A stretch of 64,000 nt of DNA from Candidatus Heimdallarchaeum aukensis (GCA_021513695.1 CP084166.1:1568001-1632000), one strand, 5' to 3'. Shown: positions 53,140-63,789, numbered from the stretch's first letter. Numbers and translations: made by a program. Notes: generated from the letters alone by a model not told the origin.

Positions 53140-54558
53140 TTGTTAGTATTATCAAGTTGTCAATATTGTGGTAATAAAGCTCAATATTATTGTACAAATT
53201 GTGGAAAATTACTATGTTCAGAACATGCGACTGAAGCCCACACAGTCTACTATTGTAAAAACTGTGATTTAGAAGTGTATGAAAAGCAATGTCACAAGTG
53301 TGGAAACAAAACAGAATTTTCTAGAAATGATAATGTTCTCCTGTGCGAATGGTGCAAAACTCCTACAGTAGTAGATGGCTATGCCTATCATCAACAATTA
53401 CCTGAAAAAATATTTAGTTCAATACTTAGAATAAATAAAAAGATAGCTGATTTGCTTTACCTAACAGATAGATATCACAAATTAGTTGACGAAATTCTAA
53501 AAGTGCGATATGCTAAAATAAAATTATTTCCAGAAATTGAAGATGATCTCTCCATTCTAAGAACAAAAATAGACAACTTAATCAAAAAACTAAGAATCAT
53601 CAGTGATAGCTTATTTTTGAAAATAAACAAAAAGTTACAATCATTAAACTACCTTAGATCCCCAAACTTAAACAACCTTGAACCAGCTGAAGAATTAATC
53701 AATTATTTAGACAAAAACTATGAATCTTTAGGATATAGCTTACATTTAAAAATTGAGCAAATAGAAGAATACTTTGCCTCCATTGGCAAAAAAGTTGATT
53801 TTCTGAATTATCAATATACTCTTTTGAAGATAATATACCGACTTATTCCTGAAGTTGAAGGAGAGGAATTAATTGCTATCATTCCTAGAATGTGGATAAA
53901 AAAAAGTTATAAGCTCCCTAAGCGTCATGTTTTTGTTTTAACAAACAAGAACATCTACCTCTTAAGAGAAAAAGGCCTATTTCGTACAATGTTAAAATTA
54001 AAAGAGAAAATCGATCTCTCTAATGTAAGATTAGTTTCAGAATCCCAAACATTATTGAAAGGAAAGGTTGTAAAAATTTCAACATTACTTTCACAATATT
54101 CATTGTTTGGTAGAGATATAGCTATTTCAGAGTTATCAAAATATTTCAGTATCTATTATGAATACTTCAAATATTCTACAAGTGACCTCACAGTAATTAA
54201 TGAATTTAAATATTATAATTTATCTGTAAAAGATTTACGAGAAGCAATAAATAAATACCTCAACAACCTCCGTGTTTCTCTTCTTAAAAAGAGAGAAATA
54301 AAAAGAGAAATAATGTATAAAAATAGTTTAGTAGCAAGACGACAGCAGATATTACAACGATTAGCAAATATAAGACGTAAAATCCAAGAAATAACGCAAT
54401 CTAGAACAGGAAGATATCAAAGTCCTAAAGTTTTCAACAACCTGTTACAGAGACTTATGGAAGAGCAATCTCGTTTAGAAAAAGAAATAAGAATAAATGA
54501 CGCAAAAATCAGAGAGATAGATGAATTGTGGGGTGTTTTTTATGATCAAGTTTCTTAA
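53140..54558 (+). CDS. Multi-zinc-finger protein (B-box-like N-terminus) with PH/GRAM-like middle region and C-terminal coiled coil
   Basis: CQYCGNKAQYYCTNCGKLLCSEHATEAH has C-x2-C-x7-C-x2-C-x4-C-x2-H-x4-H spacing. Further pairs are CKNC, CHKC and CEWC. The segment HVFVLTNKNIYLLREKG... suggests a beta-sandwich. The C-terminus is heptad-rich. TTG start. Confidence 0.55.
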   Translation: MLVLSSCQYCGNKAQYYCTNCGKLLCSEHATEAHTVYYCKNCDLEVYEKQCHKCGNKTEFSRNDNVLLCEWCKTPTVVDGYAYHQQLPEKIFSSILRINKKIADLLYLTDRYHKLVDEILKVRYAKIKLFPEIEDDLSILRTKIDNLIKKLRIISDSLFLKINKKLQSLNYLRSPNLNNLEPAEELINYLDKNYESLGYSLHLKIEQIEEYFASIGKKVDFLNYQYTLLKIIYRLIPEVEGEELIAIIPRMWIKKSYKLPKRHVFVLTNKNIYLLREKGLFRTMLKLKEKIDLSNVRLVSESQTLLKGKVVKISTLLSQYSLFGRDIAISELSKYFSIYYEYFKYSTSDLTVINEFKYYNLSVKDLREAINKYLNNLRVSLLKKREIKREIMYKNSLVARRQQILQRLANIRRKIQEITQSRTGRYQSPKVFNNLLQRLMEEQSRLEKEIRINDAKIREIDELWGVFYDQVS

Positions 54559-54641
54559 CCCCCTTTTCCTTTCCTATTACTATAGAAAAACTAATAAGGA
54601 CTGTAATTAACTCTATTTTAGTTAATTCAAGAGTTGAAAAA

Positions 54642-55790
54642 ATGAATCCAATTCCTGTTGTAGATGTGAATATTAATGAAAAAGAGTTAGAAGCGGTAAA
54701 AAAAGTAATTGAAAGCAAGTATCTTGTAGAAGGTAAGAACGCGAGAGAATTTGAAAAGAAATTTGCTAAATTCACTGGTGCTAAATATGTTACTACTGTT
54801 GTAAACGGTACAGCCGCGCTTCATCTTGCAATGACCGCTTTGGATATTGGTCCTGGAGATGAAGTTATAACTACACCATTTACTTTTATTGCTTCTTCAA
54901 ATGCTATCCTATTTAATGGTGGAGTACCGATTTTTGTTGATGTTGATAAAGAGACTTTTAACATAGACCCAGAGAAAATTGAAGAAGCAATTACTGAAAA
55001 AACAAAAGCTATTCTTCCCGTACATATTTTCGGAAACCCGTGTGACATGAAAGCAATATCTGATATCGCTGAAGATCACAATTTAATAGTAATTGAAGAT
55101 TGTGCTCAAGCACATGATGCGCGAATAGATGGTGTTCATACTGGAAATTTTGGACAGATTGGTTCATTCTCTTTCTATGGAACGAAGAACCTTATTGGTG
55201 GAGAAGGTGGGGCAGTAATCTGTAATGATGAAGAACTTTTCGAAAAAATAAAAAGTATAAAAAATCACGGAAGAAGTCCAAAAGGAGGGTATTATCACTA
55301 TAGAATAGGGTTTAACTATCGAACAACAGATATATCTGCTGCCATCATGAATGTACAAATGGATAGAGCTCAAGAAATTTTAGAAAGAAGGCATAAGAAT
55401 GGAGAACTTTATAGAAAATTACTTTCTGAACAAGAAAATTTAATGATACAAAAAGTTCTTCCAGGCCATCAGCATAGTGACTATATAATGACACCAATAA
55501 TACTAAATGAAAAAGTGAAAACTGAAGAAATTATTAGTTACCTTAAGAAGAATGGCATCTCATCAAGAACAATTTACTCAATACTTTCTTACGAACAACC
55601 ATCTTATACTGATCTTTCAAATTGGCACATGTCTCGTGTTGTTAACTATCCAGATTATTCGAAAGTTTCTTGCCCTAATGCAGAATTTTTAGCAAGAAAC
55701 CACTTCGAAATACCTATGGTATCCACACTTTCAGATGAAGAAATTACTTTCATTGTAGAAAAAATAAATGATTTCTTCAAAAAAAAGTAA
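54642..55790 (+). CDS. DegT/DnrJ/EryC1/StrS-family sugar aminotransferase
   Basis: VVNGTAALHLAM, EDCAQAHDA, and SFSFYGTKNLIGGEGG (PLP lysine). 382 aa. Confidence 0.9.
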   Translation: MNPIPVVDVNINEKELEAVKKVIESKYLVEGKNAREFEKKFAKFTGAKYVTTVVNGTAALHLAMTALDIGPGDEVITTPFTFIASSNAILFNGGVPIFVDVDKETFNIDPEKIEEAITEKTKAILPVHIFGNPCDMKAISDIAEDHNLIVIEDCAQAHDARIDGVHTGNFGQIGSFSFYGTKNLIGGEGGAVICNDEELFEKIKSIKNHGRSPKGGYYHYRIGFNYRTTDISAAIMNVQMDRAQEILERRHKNGELYRKLLSEQENLMIQKVLPGHQHSDYIMTPIILNEKVKTEEIISYLKKNGISSRTIYSILSYEQPSYTDLSNWHMSRVVNYPDYSKVSCPNAEFLARNHFEIPMVSTLSDEEITFIVEKINDFFKKK

Positions 55791-55913
55791 TATAGACTTA
55801 AAAAAAATCTTTTTCTTTTCTTATAGATTCTATCATTTTACTTGGAACTTAAAAAAATGAATATTCAATCTTTTTCCAAAACATTTTTTTGCTCTTACTG
55901 ACAAGAATAAACA

Positions 55914-56846
55914 ATGAGTAACTTACCATTAGAATTTCCTTTGTATCTTAGTAATATTTCAGTAAAAGAAAAAGACACTCCAGAATTAGTTTTAACTTAT
56001 GAGGGAGATGAAACCCTTGTTGATAAATTGCTTCTAATTGGGAAGAATAATGGCTTACCTGACAACATTAATGCGGCCTTACCTTTTGAGCAAAAGAAAG
56101 TAAAAGGGAGAGTAGTTTTTGAGATTACTATCCCTATTTATGAGGACGGAGAATTTCAAGCTGTTGTGGAGTATGAAGACGAATATATTTATGAACCAGG
56201 GCAAGCTCATAATATAGTCTTTAGAGGTAAAGGTATTTTTTTGGATTTCAGAAAAATATTCCATCTTCAAAAAGAAGTTGTAAGACCAAAAGGAGCACCT
56301 AAACCTACCAAAAAAGAAACAGAACTCGAGGAAAAAATTGAAATTAAGAAAGAAGAGGATAAGCTTACTCCGTCTATTGAAAAGAAGAAAGATTTGACTC
56401 CTATTGCGGATAAAGATAACCTGCTAAAGGTTCAGCCTAAGGATTTTAGAAACTTTGATGAAAACCTTAAAACAAAACTTCTTCAGATATTGGATTATTT
56501 AGCAAATGAAAAAAGTAAAAAACTTGTTCTTGACACCATTATTCTGCCAGATATCTCTAGAACACTCAAAAGGCTAATTCTAGAAGAAATGAGGAAAAGC
56601 GTCTACGAAGCATGTTTTCCTGTAATTGTGTTGATCGAGAAGGCTCTGATATTAGGTGGTATGGTTTTTCAAGCTGTTTTTACTGATGAAACATTTGAAG
56701 AATATAAAAAAGAGGTTGTAGAAAAAATCCCAAAAATAAAAGAAAAAATCAATAGAATTGAGTTTGAACCCACAAATACTATGATAAAAGTAAAATACGA
56801 TAAAGACAAGCATTCATTTAAGAAAATGTTATATCATCAGATATAA
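55914..56846 (+). CDS. Hypothetical protein (310 aa) with central Lys/Glu-rich linker
   Basis: Clean ORF. No motif recognised. Confidence 0.45.
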   Translation: MSNLPLEFPLYLSNISVKEKDTPELVLTYEGDETLVDKLLLIGKNNGLPDNINAALPFEQKKVKGRVVFEITIPIYEDGEFQAVVEYEDEYIYEPGQAHNIVFRGKGIFLDFRKIFHLQKEVVRPKGAPKPTKKETELEEKIEIKKEEDKLTPSIEKKKDLTPIADKDNLLKVQPKDFRNFDENLKTKLLQILDYLANEKSKKLVLDTIILPDISRTLKRLILEEMRKSVYEACFPVIVLIEKALILGGMVFQAVFTDETFEEYKKEVVEKIPKIKEKINRIEFEPTNTMIKVKYDKDKHSFKKMLYHQI

Positions 56847-56882
56847 TTTTACTTTTTAATTATTGAAAAAATAAAAAAATGA

Positions 56883-57998
56883 TTAGGATTTATCTAGTTT
56901 TACTTTTTTTACTTTGTACTGGTGGTAAGCTGTTAACACTCTAATGAAACCATTATTTAATTCAGGAATATTCACTTCACCGTTTAAGTCAATTTTTATG
57001 CTTTCAATTGTTTGAACCTTTGAACTTGTTGAGACAACAATAAGATCAACTTTTTTACAACCATTGATTACTCTTGCGCTTATTTGTTGATTTCCTCTAC
57101 CTAATAGAAATCCTTGGCCCCCTATTGGTGAAAGAAGAATTTTAACTTCTTTATCTTTCGCTAGATTATATAATGTCTCTTCGTCAACATCCTCTGCAAT
57201 AATTTTTCCATTTTCCATAAAGTCTACGCCTAAAAGAGTTTTGTTAAAACCCAAATATTTCATCACTTGATAAACTGTACTCCCTGTACCTAAGATAACG
57301 GATCCATTCAATATATCATAACTAAATTTCAGATCCTCTGCAATAGATTCATACTCAATTTCATCACTATGTCCAGTGGGAATTTTTCCTCCTTGCATTA
57401 AGCCACCCTTTACTGGAGTTAAAACAGAGCCAAAATAATTTGCTGAAACTTGCCCATTTCTGAAGAGTTCTTCGTCAACGTCAAGAACATCTTCTAAAGT
57501 ATATTGAATCTCACCACTTTCTATTGCCTTGATTATCTCACCAAGATAAGTAGGATATTGCAGGAAACATCCACTGAACATTTTCACTCCAGAGGGTATA
57601 CCTACAATAGGAACTTCTTGGTTAACCACTGTTAATATATCTCTAGCTGTTCCATCTCCTCCAACAAAAACAATTAAATCAACTTTTTTATCTAGGAACA
57701 ATTTACATGCATTTTTCGTGTCTTCAGCTGTCGTTTGATCTTTTGCAAATGAATACACTAATTCTTTTTTAAAAGGATAGTTTTGTAGAATCGATTCACC
57801 CATTGGATCTGAACAATAATAGAAGAAAAGTGATTTTGAGTCAGAAATTGAAGATAGAGCTTTTTCAACTCTTTCATATGCATATTTCTCTTTTTCGAAA
57901 ATAGTCCAAGCTTCTTCTATTCCATCAGTTCCCTTCCAAGCTCTTTTTCCTCCAATTCCTGCAATTGGATTAACAATAAAACCAATTTTAATCGTCAT
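56883..57998 (-). CDS. ATP-NAD kinase-like protein (COG3199-type)
   Basis: FIVNPIAGIGG at the N-terminus and the diacylglycerol/NAD-kinase GGDGT motif (FVGGDGTARDIL). The track ORF extends to 58073, but the Met at 57998 (MTIKIGFIVNP) is the plausible start. Confidence 0.7.
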   Translation of the reverse strand: MTIKIGFIVNPIAGIGGKRAWKGTDGIEEAWTIFEKEKYAYERVEKALSSISDSKSLFFYYCSDPMGESILQNYPFKKELVYSFAKDQTTAEDTKNACKLFLDKKVDLIVFVGGDGTARDILTVVNQEVPIVGIPSGVKMFSGCFLQYPTYLGEIIKAIESGEIQYTLEDVLDVDEELFRNGQVSANYFGSVLTPVKGGLMQGGKIPTGHSDEIEYESIAEDLKFSYDILNGSVILGTGSTVYQVMKYLGFNKTLLGVDFMENGKIIAEDVDEETLYNLAKDKEVKILLSPIGGQGFLLGRGNQQISARVINGCKKVDLIVVSTSSKVQTIESIKIDLNGEVNIPELNNGFIRVLTAYHQYKVKKVKLDKS

Positions 57999-58134
57999 TG
58001 AAAAGGAATAAAGTATAAGAAATTTTAATTTTCCGCATAAGCAAAAAATAGAAAAAAGTAGACAATTGAACAAGTTATTTTATTTGAAAGTTACACATTA
58101 AAAAAACTTAAAACAATATCAAAAAAGTTATCTT

Positions 58135-58506
58135 GTGATTACCTTAAAGAAAAAAGACTTGTTGAAATATTATGGAGGAGCTTATTTATTAGTTGCCATC
58201 CTTGAAACATTATTATTTACCGCTATTCACGGAGATTGGAGCTTTAGGAGTATAATACTTAGCTTTAGCATTTGGGGAATTATCTGGTTAATATCAATGT
58301 TCGCATACCCTTCACTGATTACTGATGCAAACTATGAAATGCTAGCATTATCGCCATATCTATCACTTCTAGGATATGTAATAATCATTTTAGTTTTCTA
58401 TATTGTTTTCCGAGTTCATAAGCAAAAGGTAGAAAAAAAATTAGGAAAAAAATTAACTTTTGGGAAACTAATGGATTTATACTTTCCAATCAAAGAAGAA
58501 ACTTGA
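58135..58506 (+). CDS. Small hypothetical membrane protein (about 4 TM)
   Basis: 123-aa ORF with a GTG start and hydrophobic segments. No family recognised. Confidence 0.4.
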   Translation: MITLKKKDLLKYYGGAYLLVAILETLLFTAIHGDWSFRSIILSFSIWGIIWLISMFAYPSLITDANYEMLALSPYLSLLGYVIIILVFYIVFRVHKQKVEKKLGKKLTFGKLMDLYFPIKEET

Positions 58507-58730
58507 ACCCTTCTTTATATTGTTCAGAACAAAATTTCTTTCTTTTTGAATTAAAATATAGCAATAATGTTATTCAAGTTAGTATCTTTGATCTTACTCT
58601 TATTGCTTTTTCTAATCTTTCTTTACTCCCTTTCACACCTATTACTTGAATTTTTCTTTTTTTTCTATAAAATTCTCAATTATTTTTCTTCTTTCCTAAA
58701 CTTTATAAAAATTATACAAAAAATTCAATC

Positions 58731-59936
58731 ATGAAAATATCAAGTCGAGCTTCTAGTTTTAGTTATGCAATCAGAGACATTCTATCGGTAGCTAAAGAAG
58801 TGGAAGAAAAAGGTCATAAATTAATAAAATTAAATATCGGAGACCCTATTAAGTATGACTTTAAAACTCCTGATATCTTAACTGAACAATTAAAATTTGC
58901 AAAAACAGAAAATTATAATTTTTATGCTGATTCTCAGGGTTTGCTTGAATTTAGAGAGCAAATTGCGAATTATGAAAATAGAAAACATGGATTAAATGTT
59001 TCAGAAGAAAACGTGTTAGCTACTTCAGGGGTAAGTGAAGGCATTGCTTTTACATTTATGGCCTTCACAAATGAGGGAGATGATGTTTTAATTCCAGGAA
59101 TACATTATCCTAGTTATTCTGGAAATTCTTCAATCTATGGCACTAATTCAATATTTTATAAGACGGTAGTTGAAGAAAACTTTTATCCTGACCCAGATGA
59201 GATTCGTTCTCTCATGACAGAAAAAACGAAATTGGTATTTCTTAATACGCCTAATAATCCTACTGGAAGTGTTTATCCTGAAAAAGTAATTAAAGAGATT
59301 GTTGATATAGTTGGAGAATATGACGCGTGTATCGTCTCTGACGAAACTTACGATCAACTAATCTTAGATGATGGACTCAAACACATTCCAACTGCAAAAG
59401 TGGCAAAAGATGTTCCAGTAATAGCTTACAATGGTTTTAGCAAAGTTTTTTTGGCTCCAGGATGGAGATTGGGGTATCTTTACGTTCATGACCCAGAAGG
59501 AAAGATAGAAGAACCTTGGGAAGGAATAAATAAGTTAGCTAGAATTCGTTTATGTGCTTCAACCCCCTTGCAAAAAGCAGGAGCAGAGGCCTTAAAAATT
59601 GACCAAAGCGTTTACTTACCAGAAGTCATCCAAGATTTAAGAAAAAGAAGAGATTTAATGTATAATCGATTAAAAGAAATGGATGGTGTTTCTGTTTATA
59701 AACCCCAAGCAGCGTTTTACATCTTTCCTGTACTTGATATGGAACAATTCACATGGAAAAATGATAAAGAGTTTGTAATAGATTTTCTAAAAAAGAAACA
59801 TGTGTTAACAGTCTTTGGAACTGGTTTTGGTCCTTATGGAAAAAATGGTTTCCGTATGGTCTTTTTGCCTACACCAGAAGAGATAGACGAATCAATGAAC
59901 AGGCTTGAGGAATTGTTAAAAGAAAATAGAAAATAA
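58731..59936 (+). CDS. Class I/II PLP aminotransferase (alanine/aspartate aminotransferase type)
   Basis: LNIGDP, NTPNNPTG, SDETYD, and NGFSKVFLAPGWRLGY (PLP lysine). 401 aa. Confidence 0.9.
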   Translation: MKISSRASSFSYAIRDILSVAKEVEEKGHKLIKLNIGDPIKYDFKTPDILTEQLKFAKTENYNFYADSQGLLEFREQIANYENRKHGLNVSEENVLATSGVSEGIAFTFMAFTNEGDDVLIPGIHYPSYSGNSSIYGTNSIFYKTVVEENFYPDPDEIRSLMTEKTKLVFLNTPNNPTGSVYPEKVIKEIVDIVGEYDACIVSDETYDQLILDDGLKHIPTAKVAKDVPVIAYNGFSKVFLAPGWRLGYLYVHDPEGKIEEPWEGINKLARIRLCASTPLQKAGAEALKIDQSVYLPEVIQDLRKRRDLMYNRLKEMDGVSVYKPQAAFYIFPVLDMEQFTWKNDKEFVIDFLKKKHVLTVFGTGFGPYGKNGFRMVFLPTPEEIDESMNRLEELLKENRK

Positions 59937-59946
59937 GAGAATACCT

Positions 59947-60903
59947 TTATTCTTTATCTACTTCTTCTTTTGTTTTTTTCAAATTTTGTGAAACAGATGT
60001 TAAACCGATACCTATTATCACAATTAGAGCATAAGCAAGTGTGATTATTTCTGGAATTTGATCTAGAAAAATTATGCCTAATATAGTAGCTCCAATAGGT
60101 TCTGCAACTATAACAGTTCCTACAATAAAAGCGGGGATTTTTCTAAGAGAATAGTTATATGTAGCATGACCAATAAGTGATGGTCCTAAAGCCATTAGGA
60201 CTATAAATAAAAATGCTTTTCCTGAAAAAACAAAACTATTACGTTGAATTAGATTATAAATCATTAACGCGACTGCAGAAACGATGTTTACAACTCCAAA
60301 ATAAGCCCATAGCGGAGAATCTTTTAATATTTTTTTTCCTATTAAGAAATAAAAACTTACAGTGATTGCTCCTATTATAGCTAAAATTCCACCTAATAAA
60401 GGGTTAAGCAAATCAGAAGACTGAGATGTTGAGAGTGTTAGTAAAACACTACCAACAATTGCTATAACAATCCCGGTAACACCTATCCAGTTAACCCTTT
60501 CTCGAAAGAATAAATAGCCAAAAATAGCCATAAAAATTGGTACAGTGTCGACCAATGTTGTGGAGATTGCAACAGAGATAAATCGTAGGGATAAGAACCA
60601 AGTTGCGAAATGAATAGCTAATAGTATACCAGAGAGAATTATCCAGTGATATCTCCTTCTAGTTTTTTCTGATTTTAGCCATTTAACATCTTTATTAATC
60701 GTTGAAATAGTGAGAGCACCAATTCCAGCAAAGAAGGTTCGATACATTGCCACAATTTCAGAAGAAACATTGTATTCTTGAATTAAAACAACGAGAGGAG
60801 CAGCAAATGAAACGGCAATTATTGCTATGAATAAAAGAATAAAAGGGGTGTATTTTTTTATCCACGAGTTATTTCTAATTTTTTTCATTTGCACCAATTC
60901 CAA
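59947..60903 (-). CDS. EamA/DMT-family transporter
   Basis: 318 aa with about 10 TM segments arranged as two similar halves, typical of the drug/metabolite transporter superfamily. Confidence 0.8.
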   Translation of the reverse strand: MELVQMKKIRNNSWIKKYTPFILLFIAIIAVSFAAPLVVLIQEYNVSSEIVAMYRTFFAGIGALTISTINKDVKWLKSEKTRRRYHWIILSGILLAIHFATWFLSLRFISVAISTTLVDTVPIFMAIFGYLFFRERVNWIGVTGIVIAIVGSVLLTLSTSQSSDLLNPLLGGILAIIGAITVSFYFLIGKKILKDSPLWAYFGVVNIVSAVALMIYNLIQRNSFVFSGKAFLFIVLMALGPSLIGHATYNYSLRKIPAFIVGTVIVAEPIGATILGIIFLDQIPEIITLAYALIVIIGIGLTSVSQNLKKTKEEVDKE

Positions 60904-60936
60904 TACTCCTCACTGTCAATAAAGTAATATAGTGTT

Positions 60937-62172
60937 TTAAGCTCCAAACTTTTCTACCAAGTGCAACTCATTTAATAACACTTTCATTAGATGTTTTCCT
61001 TTAATTCTTCCTAATCCACCATTATACGCATAACGTTCTCCAAAATACTTAACATTATCTTTTACGCAAGTTGGAGAATAAACAATTAGTGGAACTGGAT
61101 CAGCAGAGTGGTCTTTAAAGGAACAAGGAGTACTATGATCCCCAGAAATCATTACAACTAATTCTTCATCAAAGTTTTCAGGAAGAAATCTGTAAAGCTC
61201 TTTGTCAACTTTTTCAATGAATTCGACTTTTCCGTTATAATTTCCATCGTGCCCATAATTATCTGTTCCCTTAAAATGTAAAAATATGAAATCATGAGTT
61301 TTTAGAAGGTTAAAAGCAGTTTCAGCTTTTAAACGTACATCAGTGTTTGTTCCTCCTGTCATTCCATCTTTTTCAACTATTTCCATTCCGAGCATTCGAG
61401 CAACACCTTTGTAAAGACCTCCACCCGCTACACATGCTGTTTGCAACCCATATTCTTTTTCAAAGTTTGGCAATTTAGGGACTCTTCCAGCACCTCTGAT
61501 TAGCAAGTAATTTGCAGGTAATTTACCGGCTTCAATTCTTTGTTCATTTAGGGGGGAATGAGACAAAATTTCGTGAGATTTCCTTGCAAACTCAGATAAC
61601 ACCCTAGCAGTTTTTTGTGCTGATTCTGAATCATCTAAAGCTTTAAACGAATAAGGAGCTTTTCCTTCTACTTTAGGATCATTTGCTGAAACTTTATCTG
61701 ATAGATTTTCACCACGAAGAACTAGCGCAGCCCTATGTTCAGTACCTGCTTTCATGAGAAATTGAACATCTTCTATCTTCATTCCATTTAATTGCTTAAT
61801 GAACTCTTCTGTTCCTTCTTTTATACGCCCAGCACGACGATCAATAATAATTCCTTTTTCATCCATCGTGGCAAAATTCACTCTAAAAGCAATATCTCCC
61901 TCTTTTACAGTCAAACCAACACCTGAAGCTTCAAAAGGTCCGCGTCCTGTATAATACTGAAAAGGATCAACTCCAAATAGTGCAAGATGAGCAGTATCAC
62001 TTCCTGGCGTCTGTCCAGTTTCAATTACGTCCATGATTCCAGTTACACCCAGTTCAGCAAACTTATCCATATTTGGTGTTTTTGCATACTCTAAGGGAGT
62101 TTTACCGTCTAATTCAGGAATTGGACGATCACCTAATCCATCAAGGATAATAAATAATAATTTTCCAGTCAT
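60937..62172 (-). CDS. apgM: 2,3-bisphosphoglycerate-independent phosphoglycerate mutase, archaeal type
   Basis: [12 protein letters not shown] at the N-terminus, [14 protein letters not shown], and ISGDHSTP. 411 aa, the archaeal ApgM pattern. Confidence 0.9.
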   Translation of the reverse strand: MTGKLLFIILDGLGDRPIPELDGKTPLEYAKTPNMDKFAELGVTGIMDVIETGQTPGSDTAHLALFGVDPFQYYTGRGPFEASGVGLTVKEGDIAFRVNFATMDEKGIIIDRRAGRIKEGTEEFIKQLNGMKIEDVQFLMKAGTEHRAALVLRGENLSDKVSANDPKVEGKAPYSFKALDDSESAQKTARVLSEFARKSHEILSHSPLNEQRIEAGKLPANYLLIRGAGRVPKLPNFEKEYGLQTACVAGGGLYKGVARMLGMEIVEKDGMTGGTNTDVRLKAETAFNLLKTHDFIFLHFKGTDNYGHDGNYNGKVEFIEKVDKELYRFLPENFDEELVVMISGDHSTPCSFKDHSADPVPLIVYSPTCVKDNVKYFGERYAYNGGLGRIKGKHLMKVLLNELHLVEKFGA

Positions 62173-63637
62173 TAATCAACTTGATTTTTGTACAAAAATA
62201 AATTTTGTGCAAGAATCTTGCTCTCGGAAAGCACTAAAAGAAACTATCACGAAGGAGAGTTTAGATTAGGCGAACCGGTCATAGAGCCAGAGGAGAGAGT
62301 TGATAAACCCTCGACCACGGAAACTGGAAAAAAGAACTTTTTCCGCTCACGTGGGACAGGAAAATAAGAAAAAAAGGAAGAAGAGAGAGGGAGAGGAAGA
62401 GAACCAAAAAAGAGAAGAGAAAGGTTGCGAGAGGCGTTGCGGTCAGAGTGAACTTCAAAACCACAAGAAACGCAACGAAAAAGGTCACGAGTGACACGGG
62501 AGGAAGGAGAAACGTGACCGCAACGAGAGCAACGTTGACTGGTATAATGAGGGGGGACAGGAAGAACAGGAATATGCTTTTCTTCAGCAAGAGAGGTCAA
62601 GAAAGAGAGGAAAAAGCGATAAGACCAGCGGTTGAGAGAGCGACGAATACGTTCTCTTCCTCTAAAATTCTTTTTAGTCCATTTTTTTCTTATTTTACTA
62701 ATTTCTTCAATTACTATCGCAGAGCGTGTAACTACTGCTAAATCTACAATCTCGTGAGCTATTTGCTCACATCGGGTTTTGTTATAATTTTTTTCTTTAT
62801 TTTTCAATCTTTTTAACGCACGCCGTGCTTTTTCACTTCCTTTATCAGCATACGATTGTAGCTTTCTTCTTCTTTCATTAAACTTATGTTGTTTCCAGGC
62901 AAGATCTTTTCCGAGGTAACGTTCAATTAGAGTAAAAGAGGGATGATTAAGTGTTATTGCGGCAGCTATCTTTCTACCTACGTCTACTCCTATCGTTCCT
63001 TCTACTTGTTGAGGAGGAAAAAGGTTAAGTTCTTTACGTAAAATTATGTGCTCTACCCACTTTCTTTCCCGTTTAAAGACTTTACAACTATGCTCTTTCC
63101 ATCCTTCTCTGCGGTATGCTTCTACTCTTCTCCATCCTCCATCTAGTTTGATAGGTATAGCTATCCTTTCTTTCATCGGAGAAATAGCTAAAACAGGGTT
63201 CCCTCTCTCTGTTTCTTTTATTCCTCCACTCCTGGGAAAGTTGAACTCCAACGGTAAATTATCGAACTTTTTCACTTTCCTTGCCGCATAAACTCTTCTC
63301 TGTACCGCTTCTTGCACTTGACTGTGTAACTTCACATATTTGAACCTCTTATATACTAAATGATGGAACTCTTTTCCTGATTTCGCTTTTTCCTTGAACA
63401 CTATTATTTTATTTGCCATCTCTGTCGCTTTTTTCTGTGCTCTCTGCATGTATGCTCTTTTTCTTCTACTCGGGAGAATATTCACTTTTACTGTTTTTTC
63501 TTTCCACTTCCTTTTCTTTCCTTTTCTTCTCCCTTTCGTTTTCATTCCTTCTTCTTACTTTTTTTTCCTATATAAACCCCTCTCCTCTCTCTTTCCTTTT
63601 CTTTTCTTTCCTCTTTTTTTACAAAAAACTTGTTCAT
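62171..63637 (-). mobile_element. Third TnpB-only element (copy C, different subfamily); boundaries approximate
   Basis: The tnpB ORF is flanked by a pyrimidine-rich leader region and by ends resembling those of copies A/B (..TTTACAAAAAACTTGTTCAT at 63618-63637; ATTAATCAACTTGATTTTTGTA from 62171). The alignment of the ends needs indels, so the limits are uncertain. Confidence 0.5.
62247..63545 (-). CDS. tnpB: TnpB-like protein (OrfB, RuvC + zinc ribbon), second subfamily
   Basis: RuvC-I is IGVDVGRKIAAA. NRWSYRFFLSFLTSLAEEKHIPVLPVPPHYTSQRCSRCGH...CVSCGFEVHSDRNASRNL carries the zinc ribbon and RuvC-III. The last ~55 aa are low-complexity and may be read-through of the RNA-coding 3' region. Confidence 0.85.
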   Translation of the reverse strand: MKTKGRRKGKKRKWKEKTVKVNILPSRRKRAYMQRAQKKATEMANKIIVFKEKAKSGKEFHHLVYKRFKYVKLHSQVQEAVQRRVYAARKVKKFDNLPLEFNFPRSGGIKETERGNPVLAISPMKERIAIPIKLDGGWRRVEAYRREGWKEHSCKVFKRERKWVEHIILRKELNLFPPQQVEGTIGVDVGRKIAAAITLNHPSFTLIERYLGKDLAWKQHKFNERRRKLQSYADKGSEKARRALKRLKNKEKNYNKTRCEQIAHEIVDLAVVTRSAIVIEEISKIRKKWTKKNFRGRERIRRSLNRWSYRFFLSFLTSLAEEKHIPVLPVPPHYTSQRCSRCGHVSPSSRVTRDLFRCVSCGFEVHSDRNASRNLSLLFFGSLPLPLSSSFFSYFPVPRERKKFFFPVSVVEGLSTLSSGSMTGSPNLNSPS

Positions 63638-63789
63638 GAGAAAAATTAGTGAATACAAATAAATGTTGCTTTAAATCAATAATTCTTTTTGAAACTACTT
63701 TATTTTTCTTATTAAGAATTTAAAAACGGAGAATCTGCTCTGTTTAATATTAAGCTGAAAAATTTTGCTTGGTGTTAAATCAGATTATT

